Shown one piece after another: positions 54,603-63,421 of a DNA stretch of 64,000 nt. The position numbers and the translations under genes were made by a program. The stretch covers positions 1,287 through 65,286 of the forward strand of contig CANMNA010000002.1 of the NCBI GenBank assembly GCA_947499075.1, in the 5' to 3' direction. The number at the start of each line of letters is the position of its first letter. The stretch's first letter is position 1. The notes under the pieces were generated by a model, which made no database searches, was not told the DNA's origin, and saw only the letters and a program-made list of their open reading frames with translations. Origin of the DNA: Myxococcales bacterium (lineage in GTDB: Bacteria; Myxococcota_A; UBA9042).

Positions 54603-55607
54603 ATGGAAACGCTGCTCAAGCGCCACTTCTGGATCCTGGCCCTCTTGGGCCTGGCGGTGTTGGCGTACCTGGCCGCGGGCTCGGTCAGCGCGCTGATTGG
54701 CGTTCAGTTGGCCAAAGGCTCGCGCGGCGACGAGAAGCCCCAGCTTGCCGCCGCCGGTGGCGAGTCGGGGCTGGCCAAGCGCCTGCGCGATGGTCGGCTG
54801 CGCGACGAGTCGGGCGCGGTCATGGCCGGCCGCTCAATGTTTCTGCTCGAAGAGCCGCCGCCGCCGCCCGAAGAAGGCACTGACGAAGAGCCTTCCGGCA
54901 GCGATGAAGCGGCAGCGCCACCGCCCGATCCGACTTACGAGCCGACAACGCTGCCGATCAAACTGATGGGCACGCTGGTCGTCACGCCGGATACGTGGTC
55001 GAGCGCCACCATCGAGTTGGAGAAGACCACCCAAAAGATTGTCACGGTCGGCATGGAGCTGCTGGACGGCAAGGCCACCGTGGTGGCGATCCGCCGCAAT
55101 TACCTGGTGCTGCGCGAAGGCGACAAGCTGACGACCGCGCGGATGTTCCAAAACGAAGGCGGCGACAAGACCGCGGGCGGCGAAAACCCGGGCGGTCGCC
55201 CGCCACCCGCGGAACCGCGCCCGACGCCGGCTCCTGCGCGCACCGCCGATGCAGAGCCGGCTGTCCAAGGCGTCAAGAAAGTCGGTGAGGGCACCTACAA
55301 CCTGGACCGCAGCCACGTCAACGACAAGCTCAAGGATGTCACGACGCTGGGCACCCAGGTCCGGGTAGTGCCCAACTACAAGGGCGGCAAATACGAAGGC
55401 TTTCGCATGATCGGCATGGGCGGCGAGAGTCTGTTCAAAGACATCGGCTTTAACAACGGCGACATCGTGCAGGCCATCAACGGCGAGCGCATCGACAGCC
55501 CGAACAAGGCGCTGGCGCTGTATGAGGCCCTGAAGAACAAGGCGCGGGTCACGGTGCTCATTGAGCGCGATGGCCAGCCCAAAACGTTGCGGTACACGAT
55601 CAAGTAA
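54603..55607 (+). CDS. gspC: Type II secretion system protein C with PDZ domain
   Basis: N-terminal TM, HR domain (IKLMGTLV...SSATI) and C-terminal PDZ (GFNNGDIVQAING). First gene of the gsp operon. Confidence 0.88.
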   Translation: METLLKRHFWILALLGLAVLAYLAAGSVSALIGVQLAKGSRGDEKPQLAAAGGESGLAKRLRDGRLRDESGAVMAGRSMFLLEEPPPPPEEGTDEEPSGSDEAAAPPPDPTYEPTTLPIKLMGTLVVTPDTWSSATIELEKTTQKIVTVGMELLDGKATVVAIRRNYLVLREGDKLTTARMFQNEGGDKTAGGENPGGRPPPAEPRPTPAPARTADAEPAVQGVKKVGEGTYNLDRSHVNDKLKDVTTLGTQVRVVPNYKGGKYEGFRMIGMGGESLFKDIGFNNGDIVQAINGERIDSPNKALALYEALKNKARVTVLIERDGQPKTLRYTIK

Positions 55608-55619
55608 GGCTTAGCTCGC

Positions 55620-58475
55620 ATGAATTGTTCAAGAACCTACTTTCGATTGGCCAGCCTGTGTGGCGCAGCGCTGGCCGTGCTGGTGGCAGTGGCAGCCGAC
55701 GCCCAAGAAGCCGCGCCCGACGATGCCAAAGGTGGCGAGCGCGCCATTCCGGTCTCCGGCGGTGCCGGCAAGGTCAGCAAGAAGGCCAAAGACGGCGCGA
55801 TCAAGGCTGGCGGTGGCGGTGCGGGCGTCATCAAGCGCAAGGGCGGGGCCAAGCTTGATCCGGAGTCGGACCCGGCGGCCGCCAGTCGCCGTGCCGACAA
55901 AGCGGACCCAGCTGAGCCCGGCCTGCCGCCGCGTGCTGGCGACACCAAGCCGGACGCAGCGCCCGGTGGTGCTGGCGGCGGTGCTGGCTCACCCAAAGAC
56001 CTGGAGAAGCTCGAAGACGTCATCACGATCAAAAACAACTTCATGGACATCAAGTGCAAGAAGCTGCCGCTGCACTTCAAGGTCACCGTCGATTTTCAAG
56101 ACGCGCCGCTCGAGTCCGTGACCAAGCTGATGAGCTGCTGGATGGACCGCAACTTTGTGGTCGCCACCCAAAAGCGCGGCGGCAAGATCACCATCCTGTC
56201 GCCCCAGCGCGTCAGCGTCTACGAAGCCTACCGCGCGTTTCTGTCGAGCCTGGCGGTCAACGGCTTGTCGATCACCAAGAAGGGCGAGTTCCACCACATC
56301 GTCGATTCGCCAGACGCCCGCAGCAGCGGAGCGGAAATTTATGGTCCCAAAGGCAATGTCCCCGATTTGGACAACATCGTCACCCGGTTGATTCGCCTCA
56401 AGCACATCGAAGCCAAAGACGCCGAGCCGATCTTGAGCAAATTCAAGTCCAAGGGCGGAGATTTGTTCATCTACGCCCCGACCAACACGATTATCTTGAC
56501 CGATCAGGGCAGCAATATCCGGACCATTTTGAAATTGCTGCAGGAAATCGACCTGCCGCTGGGCTCGGACAAGATCTTTATCCGGCCGGTTCAAAACATG
56601 GATGCCGCGGAATTGGTCGAAAAAATCAACGCCGTGTTTGGCGAAGGCGGCGGCGGCGGCAGTCGGGGTGGCGCGCCTCCCCCTCAAAATGCCGCGTCGG
56701 CTGCCAAAGTCTCGCTGACCAAAGCGATTGCCGACGACCGCAGCAACCAGATCATCCTGATTACCACGCGGTCCAACTACCTCAAGGTCGACGCGCTGAT
56801 CCGGCGGCTAGATGTGCCAATCCCTGGTGAGGGGCAAATTCACATCCACCACTTGGAGAATGCCGACGCCGAAGACGTGTCGCAGACCCTGTCGTCGCTG
56901 ACCGGCGGCGGCGGGGCCAAGGGCGCCAAGGGCGGCAAAGGCGGTGGGGCCAAGGGCGGTGCCTCGACCGCGCTGTTTGGCGGCGAGGTCAAGATCACCG
57001 CACACAAGGCCACCAATGCGCTGGTCATCGAAGCGTCGCTCAAGGACTACATCGCGCTGCAAAAAGTCATCGGTGAGTTGGACCGCCGGCGCAAGCAAGT
57101 CTATGTCGAAGCAGTCATTATGGAAATCTCGACTTCGAAGAGCCGCAAGACCCAGATCGCGGGGTCTGCGGGCACCACGTTCGACATCGGCGGCGCGACC
57201 GTGCCGTTGCTGTTTGGCCTAGGCGGCTTGGGCATGTCCGGCGTATCGCTGCAGCAACTCAATCAGGGTGGCTTCGCGGCCGGCATGCAAGGTCCGCTGC
57301 TGCAGGTCAACGCCGGCAACAGCGGCAACAGTGGCGTGCCTGCTGGGGTGACACTGTCGATTCCAGCGTTTGGTTTTCTGATCCAGGCGATCCAGGAGAA
57401 TAGCGATGTCAACGTGTTGTCAACGCCGCACATCCTGACGCTGAACAACGAAGAGGCCGAGATTCAGGTCGGCCGCAAAGTGCCGTACCGCTCGCAGACG
57501 ATGGGCGGTCTGGGCGGTCTGGGTGGCGCACTCGGTGGTCTGGGCGGCGCCGCGGCAGGCGCGCTGGGCGGACTAGGCGCGCTGGGCGGCCTGGGTGGCC
57601 TGGGCGGAGGCACGGTGCAGTTCCTTGACGTCGACCTGACCCTAAAAATCACGCCGCAGATCAACGAGAGCGATTTCATCAAGCTCAAGATTGACCAGCA
57701 GTTGCAAGAAGTGGAAGGCATCGACCCCAACCTCGGGCCGACGACCAGCAAGCGCAAGGTCGTCAACACCGTGGTGGTGCGCGATCAGCAGCCGGTCGTC
57801 ATCGGCGGCCTGATCACCGACCGCGAGACCACCGGCGTGGCCAAGGTGCCGGTCTTGGGTGATTTGCCGCTGATTGGCATGCTGTTTCGCAAGTCGACCA
57901 AGCTCATCGAGAAGAAGAACCTGCTGCTGATCGTGGTGCCGCACATCATCAAGGATCCCAGCGATCTCGAAAAGATGCACGAGACCAAGATGGAGCAGAT
58001 TCGCCAGTTTGCCGAAGAGCTGGCGACCAAGCACAAGGAATACGAGGGCAAGTTCAACTACGCCAAGAAGAAAGGTTTTCTCGAAACCGTGTTCCAAGCG
58101 GTCGAGAAGAGCGCCAACCAGCGCAAGCAGTTGGAGAAGGCCTACTACGACAACCAGGACGTCGACAAGGTCGGCGCGCCCGACAGCCATGACTTGGAGT
58201 ACGACCCGGCCAAGGCCAAAGCGCCGGACAAGGACGCCAAGAAAGCCGATGGTGCTGGCAAGAAGCCAGACGAGGTCGAAGACACTACCGAGGATGGCCC
58301 CGGCATCGAAGTCATTGAATTGCCCGAAGATGGCACGCCCGGCACCGCACCCGCCACCAAAGACGGGCCAAAGTCGGAGCCCAAGGCCAAGCCAGCCGTC
58401 AAGCCGCCTGTGGTCGCGCCTGCCAAGGGCAAAGCGGCTGTGCCCGTCAAGAAGAAGAAGAAGGGTGCGAAGTGA
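55620..58475 (+). CDS. gspD: Type II secretion system secretin
   Basis: N domains (TNTIILTD, SNQII, TNALVI), QVYVEAVIME, NVLSTPHILTLNNEEAEIQVG and KVPVLGDLPLIGMLFR. Confidence 0.95.
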   Translation: MNCSRTYFRLASLCGAALAVLVAVAADAQEAAPDDAKGGERAIPVSGGAGKVSKKAKDGAIKAGGGGAGVIKRKGGAKLDPESDPAAASRRADKADPAEPGLPPRAGDTKPDAAPGGAGGGAGSPKDLEKLEDVITIKNNFMDIKCKKLPLHFKVTVDFQDAPLESVTKLMSCWMDRNFVVATQKRGGKITILSPQRVSVYEAYRAFLSSLAVNGLSITKKGEFHHIVDSPDARSSGAEIYGPKGNVPDLDNIVTRLIRLKHIEAKDAEPILSKFKSKGGDLFIYAPTNTIILTDQGSNIRTILKLLQEIDLPLGSDKIFIRPVQNMDAAELVEKINAVFGEGGGGGSRGGAPPPQNAASAAKVSLTKAIADDRSNQIILITTRSNYLKVDALIRRLDVPIPGEGQIHIHHLENADAEDVSQTLSSLTGGGGAKGAKGGKGGGAKGGASTALFGGEVKITAHKATNALVIEASLKDYIALQKVIGELDRRRKQVYVEAVIMEISTSKSRKTQIAGSAGTTFDIGGATVPLLFGLGGLGMSGVSLQQLNQGGFAAGMQGPLLQVNAGNSGNSGVPAGVTLSIPAFGFLIQAIQENSDVNVLSTPHILTLNNEEAEIQVGRKVPYRSQTMGGLGGLGGALGGLGGAAAGALGGLGALGGLGGLGGGTVQFLDVDLTLKITPQINESDFIKLKIDQQLQEVEGIDPNLGPTTSKRKVVNTVVVRDQQPVVIGGLITDRETTGVAKVPVLGDLPLIGMLFRKSTKLIEKKNLLLIVVPHIIKDPSDLEKMHETKMEQIRQFAEELATKHKEYEGKFNYAKKKGFLETVFQAVEKSANQRKQLEKAYYDNQDVDKVGAPDSHDLEYDPAKAKAPDKDAKKADGAGKKPDEVEDTTEDGPGIEVIELPEDGTPGTAPATKDGPKSEPKAKPAVKPPVVAPAKGKAAVPVKKKKKGAK

Positions 58476-60196
58476 TCGACGCCCGCCCCATCGGCCAAAT
58501 CTTGGTTGCGCGCGGCCACTGCAGCGACGAGCAGGTGCGCAGTGCGCTGTTGACGCAGGGCGACAAGGGCGGCCTGCTGGGCGAGCTGTTGGTGCAGCAA
58601 GGCTCGACCACCAAGCTGCAGGTGCTCGAAAGCTTGGGCGCGCAGTTTGGCTTGTCGGTTCAGCCCAAGGTCGATGAAGAGGCGATTGACGTCAGCCTGG
58701 TCGGGCCGCTGTCGATCTCGTATGCGCGCGAAGCCGAAGTGCTGCCGATCCGCAACGACAATGGCGTGCTGACCGTCGCCATCAGCAATCCGCTGGCGGT
58801 GGGCGCCCTAGACGACCTGCGCGTGCTGTTTGGCGGCGTGCGGATCGACCCGATCTTGGTCACCCAAGACGTGCTCAACGCCGCCATCAACTACAGCTTC
58901 GACCGCCGGGCCCGCGCCGACCAAGTGGTCGACGACATGGAGAAAGGCGACTCGGGCGTGGCCGACATCGCCTTGGAGTTGGAAGACGCCAGCAAAGACA
59001 TTTTGGACGAGGACGACGAAGCGCCGATCATCCGGTTGGTCAATTCGGTGCTCAACCAGGCCGCCAAAGAGCGCGTCAGCGACATCCACATTGAGCCGAT
59101 GGAGAAGCACGTCATCGTGCGCTTCCGCAAAGACGGCGTGCTCAAGGAAGTAGTCAAGACTTCCAAGAAGTTTCAGCCGTCGATCACCTCGCGCGTCAAG
59201 ATCATGGGTGGCCTGAACATTGCCGAGAAGCGCTTGCCGCAAGATGGCCGCATCCGGATCAAGGTGGCCGGTCGCGACATCGACTTGCGCTTGAGCACGA
59301 TTCCGACGGCCCACGGCGAGCGGATCGTGATGCGTCTGCTGGACAAGACCAGCACTACGCTGGATCTCAAAGTGCTGGGTATGCGCGACGAAGTGCGGCT
59401 GGCGATTGACCAAATCGTCCATCGACCCAACGGCATTTTTCTGTGCACGGGCCCTACGGGTTCAGGCAAGACGACCACGCTGTATTCGGCGCTGATGACG
59501 ATCAACAAGCCCGATATCAACATCTTGACCATCGAGGACCCGGTCGAATACCAGCTCGAAGGCATTGGCCAGATGCAGGTCAACCCCAAGATCGAGTTCA
59601 CCTTCGCCCGCGGTCTGCGCGCCACCCTGCGCCAAGATCCGGATGTGGTGCTGGTCGGCGAAATTCGCGATTTGGAAACTGCGGAAATTGCAGTACAAGC
59701 CGCGCTCACCGGCCACTTGGTGCTCAGCACGGTGCACACCAATGACGCCGCCTCAACCTTTACCCGCATGATCGACATGGGCGTCGAGCCGTTTCTGCTG
59801 TCGAGCTCGATCTGCGGCATCTTGGCCCAGCGGCTGATTCGGACCTTGTGCAAGGATTGCCGGCTGCCGCATGTGCCGACCGGGCTCGAAATCGAGCAAC
59901 TAGGCATGGACAAAGGCGATCCTCGCCTGAAGACCGCGACGTTTTACCGCGCCAAGGGTTGTCCGCAGTGCTCGATGTCGGGCTACGCTGGGCGATCGGG
60001 CCTGCATGAACTCTTGATTCCGACAGAAGAAATCAAGCGCCTAGTCGTCAGCCGTGCCGACGCAGGCGCCATCAAGAAGGCGGCGGTCGCCCAAGGCATG
60101 CAGACGCTGCTGACCGACGGCGCCATCAAGTGCATGTTGGGCAAGACCACGGTCGAAGAAGTCATGCGCATCGCCAACGCCGACGAGGCCGAGTAA
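58472..60196 (+). CDS. gspE: Type II secretion ATPase
   Basis: SDIHIEP, EKRLPQDGRI, GPTGSGKTTTLY, TIEDPVEY, LRQDPDVVLVGEIRD, tetracysteine motif. Confidence 0.95.
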   Translation: MIDARPIGQILVARGHCSDEQVRSALLTQGDKGGLLGELLVQQGSTTKLQVLESLGAQFGLSVQPKVDEEAIDVSLVGPLSISYAREAEVLPIRNDNGVLTVAISNPLAVGALDDLRVLFGGVRIDPILVTQDVLNAAINYSFDRRARADQVVDDMEKGDSGVADIALELEDASKDILDEDDEAPIIRLVNSVLNQAAKERVSDIHIEPMEKHVIVRFRKDGVLKEVVKTSKKFQPSITSRVKIMGGLNIAEKRLPQDGRIRIKVAGRDIDLRLSTIPTAHGERIVMRLLDKTSTTLDLKVLGMRDEVRLAIDQIVHRPNGIFLCTGPTGSGKTTTLYSALMTINKPDINILTIEDPVEYQLEGIGQMQVNPKIEFTFARGLRATLRQDPDVVLVGEIRDLETAEIAVQAALTGHLVLSTVHTNDAASTFTRMIDMGVEPFLLSSSICGILAQRLIRTLCKDCRLPHVPTGLEIEQLGMDKGDPRLKTATFYRAKGCPQCSMSGYAGRSGLHELLIPTEEIKRLVVSRADAGAIKKAAVAQGMQTLLTDGAIKCMLGKTTVEEVMRIANADEAE

Positions 60197-60198
60197 CC

Positions 60199-61467
60199 AT
60201 GCCGGTCTTTGAATACAGCGGCAAGGACGCCACCGGGCGCACCGTCAAAGGCACGCTCGACGCCGACAGCGTGCGCGGTCTCAAGACGATCTTGCGCCGC
60301 GACAAGGTGTTCCTGACCGAGTACCGCGAAGCCGCAGCCAAGGGTGCCAAGGGCCAAAAGGTCAAGGCCGGCGGCGAGCAAAAGGCGGGATCGCGCGAGG
60401 TCGACTTCTCCGAGCTCTTCAACGGCATTTCGCCGCAGGACATCGCCGAGATGACGCGCCAGCTGGCGACCTTGCTCAAGGCGACGGTGCCGCTGGTCGA
60501 AGCGCTGGGTGCGATCACCGAGCAGGTCGAAAATCCCAAGCTCAAGCGGGTCATGGCCAAAGTCAGGACCGATGTCAACGAGGGCGCGCCGTTCTGGCGG
60601 TCGTTGGCGGTCCACGACCGGGTGTTTGAGAACACCTATTACAACATGGTCCGCGCCGGTGAGTCGGCCGGCAATCTGGACATTGTGCTGCTGCGGCTGG
60701 CCGACTTTTCGGAGAGCCAGGTCAAGCTGCGCAACAAGCTGATTGGCGCCTTGACCTATCCAATCATCATGTTGTGCATCTCGCTGCTGATTGTGACCGG
60801 CATGATGATCTTCGTGGTGCCCACGATCACCGCGATGTTCACCGACTTGGGCGCCGACTTGCCGTTGATCACCAAGATGTTGATCGCGTTTTCGGCGGCG
60901 CTGACCAAGTTCTGGTGGCTGGGCGTGGTCGGGGCCTTTTTCGCCTGGCGCGGCTTTGTCCGCTGGAAGCGCAGCGAGGCCGGCGCCGAGCGCTGGGACA
61001 AGAGCATCCTGAAAATTCCAGTGCTGGGCGACTTGCTGCGGCGCATTGCGATTGCACGGTTTTCGCGCACGCTGGGGACCCTGCTGAGCTCGGGCGTGCC
61101 GCTGCTGACGGCGCTGGAAATCGTCGAGAACGTGGTCGCCAACCGCATTCTGGCCAAAGTGGTGGCCGAAGCGCGCAACGCGATTCGCGAGGGCGACAAC
61201 ATTGCCGGGCCGCTCAAGCGGTCGGGCGAGTTTCCGCCGATGGTGGTGCACATGGTGGCGATCGGCGAGAAGTCGGGCGAGCTCGAAGGCATGCTGCGCA
61301 ACATTGCCGAGAGCTACGAAAACCAAGTCGATACGCGGGTGCAGGCGCTGACCAGCTTGCTGGAACCGCTGATGATTGTGTTCATGGGTGTCGTGGTTGG
61401 CTTTCTGGTGGCAGCGATTCTGCTGCCGATGATGAAGCTGACCCAAGCAGTGCAACAAGGAGGTTGA
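60199..61467 (+). CDS. gspF: Type II secretion inner-membrane platform protein
   Basis: MPVFEY start, RQLATLL, MVRAGESAGNL, ALTYP, GEKSGELE and LLEPLMI. Confidence 0.95.
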   Translation: MPVFEYSGKDATGRTVKGTLDADSVRGLKTILRRDKVFLTEYREAAAKGAKGQKVKAGGEQKAGSREVDFSELFNGISPQDIAEMTRQLATLLKATVPLVEALGAITEQVENPKLKRVMAKVRTDVNEGAPFWRSLAVHDRVFENTYYNMVRAGESAGNLDIVLLRLADFSESQVKLRNKLIGALTYPIIMLCISLLIVTGMMIFVVPTITAMFTDLGADLPLITKMLIAFSAALTKFWWLGVVGAFFAWRGFVRWKRSEAGAERWDKSILKIPVLGDLLRRIAIARFSRTLGTLLSSGVPLLTALEIVENVVANRILAKVVAEARNAIREGDNIAGPLKRSGEFPPMVVHMVAIGEKSGELEGMLRNIAESYENQVDTRVQALTSLLEPLMIVFMGVVVGFLVAAILLPMMKLTQAVQQGG

Positions 61468-61468
61468 G

Positions 61469-61918
61469 ATGCAGTTCAACAGCAAGGATTTTCAGCAGAT
61501 TGCCATTTTGGCACAGCGCCAGAGCGGCCCGGCGCAGCCCAATGACCCAGCACAGCGCGGCATGACGCTCATCGAGATCATGGTGGTCATCGTCATCATC
61601 GGCGTGCTCGGATCGGCGCTTGCGTACGGCGTGTTCGGGGCCTTGGGCGAAGCCAAGGAAGACGTGTGCAAGGCCCAGATTGCCAACGTCGGCCAAGTCG
61701 TCGAGGCCTACGAGGCCAAGAACGGCGAGTACCCGCAGAGCTTGCAGATGCTGTCTGAGGGCAAAAAAGCCAAGCTCAAGCCCGACAACCTCAAGGATCC
61801 GTGGAAGCGCGACCTGCAGTACTCGGCCAGCGGCGATGCCTTTACGTTGTGCAGCAGCGGCACCGACAAGAAGTCGGGCACCGAAGACGACATCTGCTAC
61901 GGCGGCAAGGGCAAGTAG
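61469..61918 (+). CDS. gspG: Major pseudopilin
   Basis: RG|MTLIEIMVVIVIIGVL prepilin motif, KDPWKRDLQY and SSGTDKKSGTEDDI. Confidence 0.9.
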   Translation: MQFNSKDFQQIAILAQRQSGPAQPNDPAQRGMTLIEIMVVIVIIGVLGSALAYGVFGALGEAKEDVCKAQIANVGQVVEAYEAKNGEYPQSLQMLSEGKKAKLKPDNLKDPWKRDLQYSASGDAFTLCSSGTDKKSGTEDDICYGGKGK

Positions 61919-61921
61919 GCC

Positions 61922-62554
61922 ATGAAGTCCAGCCGCGGCTTTACGCTGATCGAATTGGTCGCCACCGTGGCGATCATCGGCATCGTCACGGCGGCCGTTG
62001 CGACCGGCGTCAACAACATCCGCGGCGCCTCGGTCCAAGCCGAAGCAGGCAAAATCGCGGTCGCGGTCCGGTACTTGTACAACTTGGCGGTCGTCTCCGG
62101 GCGCAACCAGCGCTTGGTCATCGACATCGATGGCAAGGCGTGGTGGGGCGAAGAGCAGACCAGCGACGACCCGTGCGAAGCGTTCTTGCTGCCCGGCAAG
62201 GACGAAGTCGAGCCCGACAAGCCCAGCGGCAAGGGCGAGACAGTGGAAAAAACTGTTAATTCTGGCGGATTTGAGCCGAGCAAGTCGACACTGTTGCAGA
62301 AGACCGAGCTCGACAAGGGCATCACGTTTTCGGGCGTGATGACCACCCACCAGCAGCAGCCGACCGAAAAAGGCATCGCTTACGTCTACTTTTTTCCCAA
62401 CGGCACCACCGAGCATGCTTACGTGCAGGTCAAGGGCGACGAGGACGACACCACCAGCGTCGAAGTAATTGCCTTACAGGGCACCGCCAAAGTGCACAAC
62501 GAGCCCATCGATCTCAAAGACCTCTACCGCGAATTTCAGCGCGAGGACCAGTAG
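61922..62554 (+). CDS. gspH: Minor pseudopilin (GspH position)
   Basis: RG|FTLIELV prepilin motif, VYFFPNGTT, operon order. Confidence 0.78.
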   Translation: MKSSRGFTLIELVATVAIIGIVTAAVATGVNNIRGASVQAEAGKIAVAVRYLYNLAVVSGRNQRLVIDIDGKAWWGEEQTSDDPCEAFLLPGKDEVEPDKPSGKGETVEKTVNSGGFEPSKSTLLQKTELDKGITFSGVMTTHQQQPTEKGIAYVYFFPNGTTEHAYVQVKGDEDDTTSVEVIALQGTAKVHNEPIDLKDLYREFQREDQ

Positions 62555-63421
62555 ATGCGCAAGGGCTTTACGCTGATGGAAGTGATGGTGGCGATGGCCG
62601 TGCTGGCCTTTGCGCTGACCATTATTACCGGCGCGGCCTCGTCGTCATCGGCCTACTCCAAGCGCGTGTACCGCAGCACGGTGGCGGCTTTGCTGTTGCG
62701 CGGGACCATGCTCGACATCGAGGAGAAGTACCGCAAAGAGGGCTTTCCGACCAACGACCTGCAGGGCCGAGACTGCGAGTTGCCCAAGAGCTACGCCAAG
62801 CAGTTCCGCTGCAAGTACGACTTAATCGGCTTAAACCTGGACGACGCGTCGATCGCCGACATGACGACCCAGGCCAACACCCTGTTGGCCAAAGCCCAGG
62901 AGACCATGGCCCAATCGGGCGCGCTGGACAAGCTCTCCGGCGAAGGTGGGCCCAAGAAAACCGCCGACCTGAGCAACGCGGCGGCGCAGGCCCAGAGTGC
63001 CGGGCTCGACTTGACCGGCATGTCCAAGGGCGGCGACCTGATGAGCCTGCTCACGGTCATCTTGATGTCGGGCGATGCTGGCCTGAACCTGCTGCAACTG
63101 TGCGATATCAACATCAGCGTGCTGCAGATGTCGATGGGCCTGATGATCAGCGAACTCTTGCCGCGGGTGCTCAAGCGCGCCAGCGACCGCACCCGCAAGG
63201 TCATCGTGCGCCTGCAGTGGAAAGACGAAGAGGGCGACCAGCGCACCCTGGAAATGGAGACGTTTTCGACCGCGGTCAGCCAGGAGGAAGCCGAGGCGAT
63301 CCGCGCCATGAAGCAAAACGAGAAGATCGAGAACGCGGTCGACCCCAATGGCACGATGCAGCCGCAGATTCCGGGGTTGAACAAGATTTTGGGCACGCCG
63401 CGGCCGGGGGCACCGCGATGA
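62555..63421 (+). CDS. gspI: Minor pseudopilin (GspI position)
   Basis: KG|FTLMEVMVAMAVLA prepilin motif, RKVIVRLQW, operon order. Confidence 0.75.
   Translation: MRKGFTLMEVMVAMAVLAFALTIITGAASSSSAYSKRVYRSTVAALLLRGTMLDIEEKYRKEGFPTNDLQGRDCELPKSYAKQFRCKYDLIGLNLDDASIADMTTQANTLLAKAQETMAQSGALDKLSGEGGPKKTADLSNAAAQAQSAGLDLTGMSKGGDLMSLLTVILMSGDAGLNLLQLCDINISVLQMSMGLMISELLPRVLKRASDRTRKVIVRLQWKDEEGDQRTLEMETFSTAVSQEEAEAIRAMKQNEKIENAVDPNGTMQPQIPGLNKILGTPRPGAPR

Noticed and set aside
57500..57612. Gly/Leu-rich repeats inside gspD
   Set aside because: Low-complexity coding loop with no DNA-level element features.
61469..61561. Longer-than-usual GspG leader and G|M cleavage site
   Set aside because: A 31-aa leader and Met at +1 are within known prepilin variation, and there are no repeats or inserted domain.
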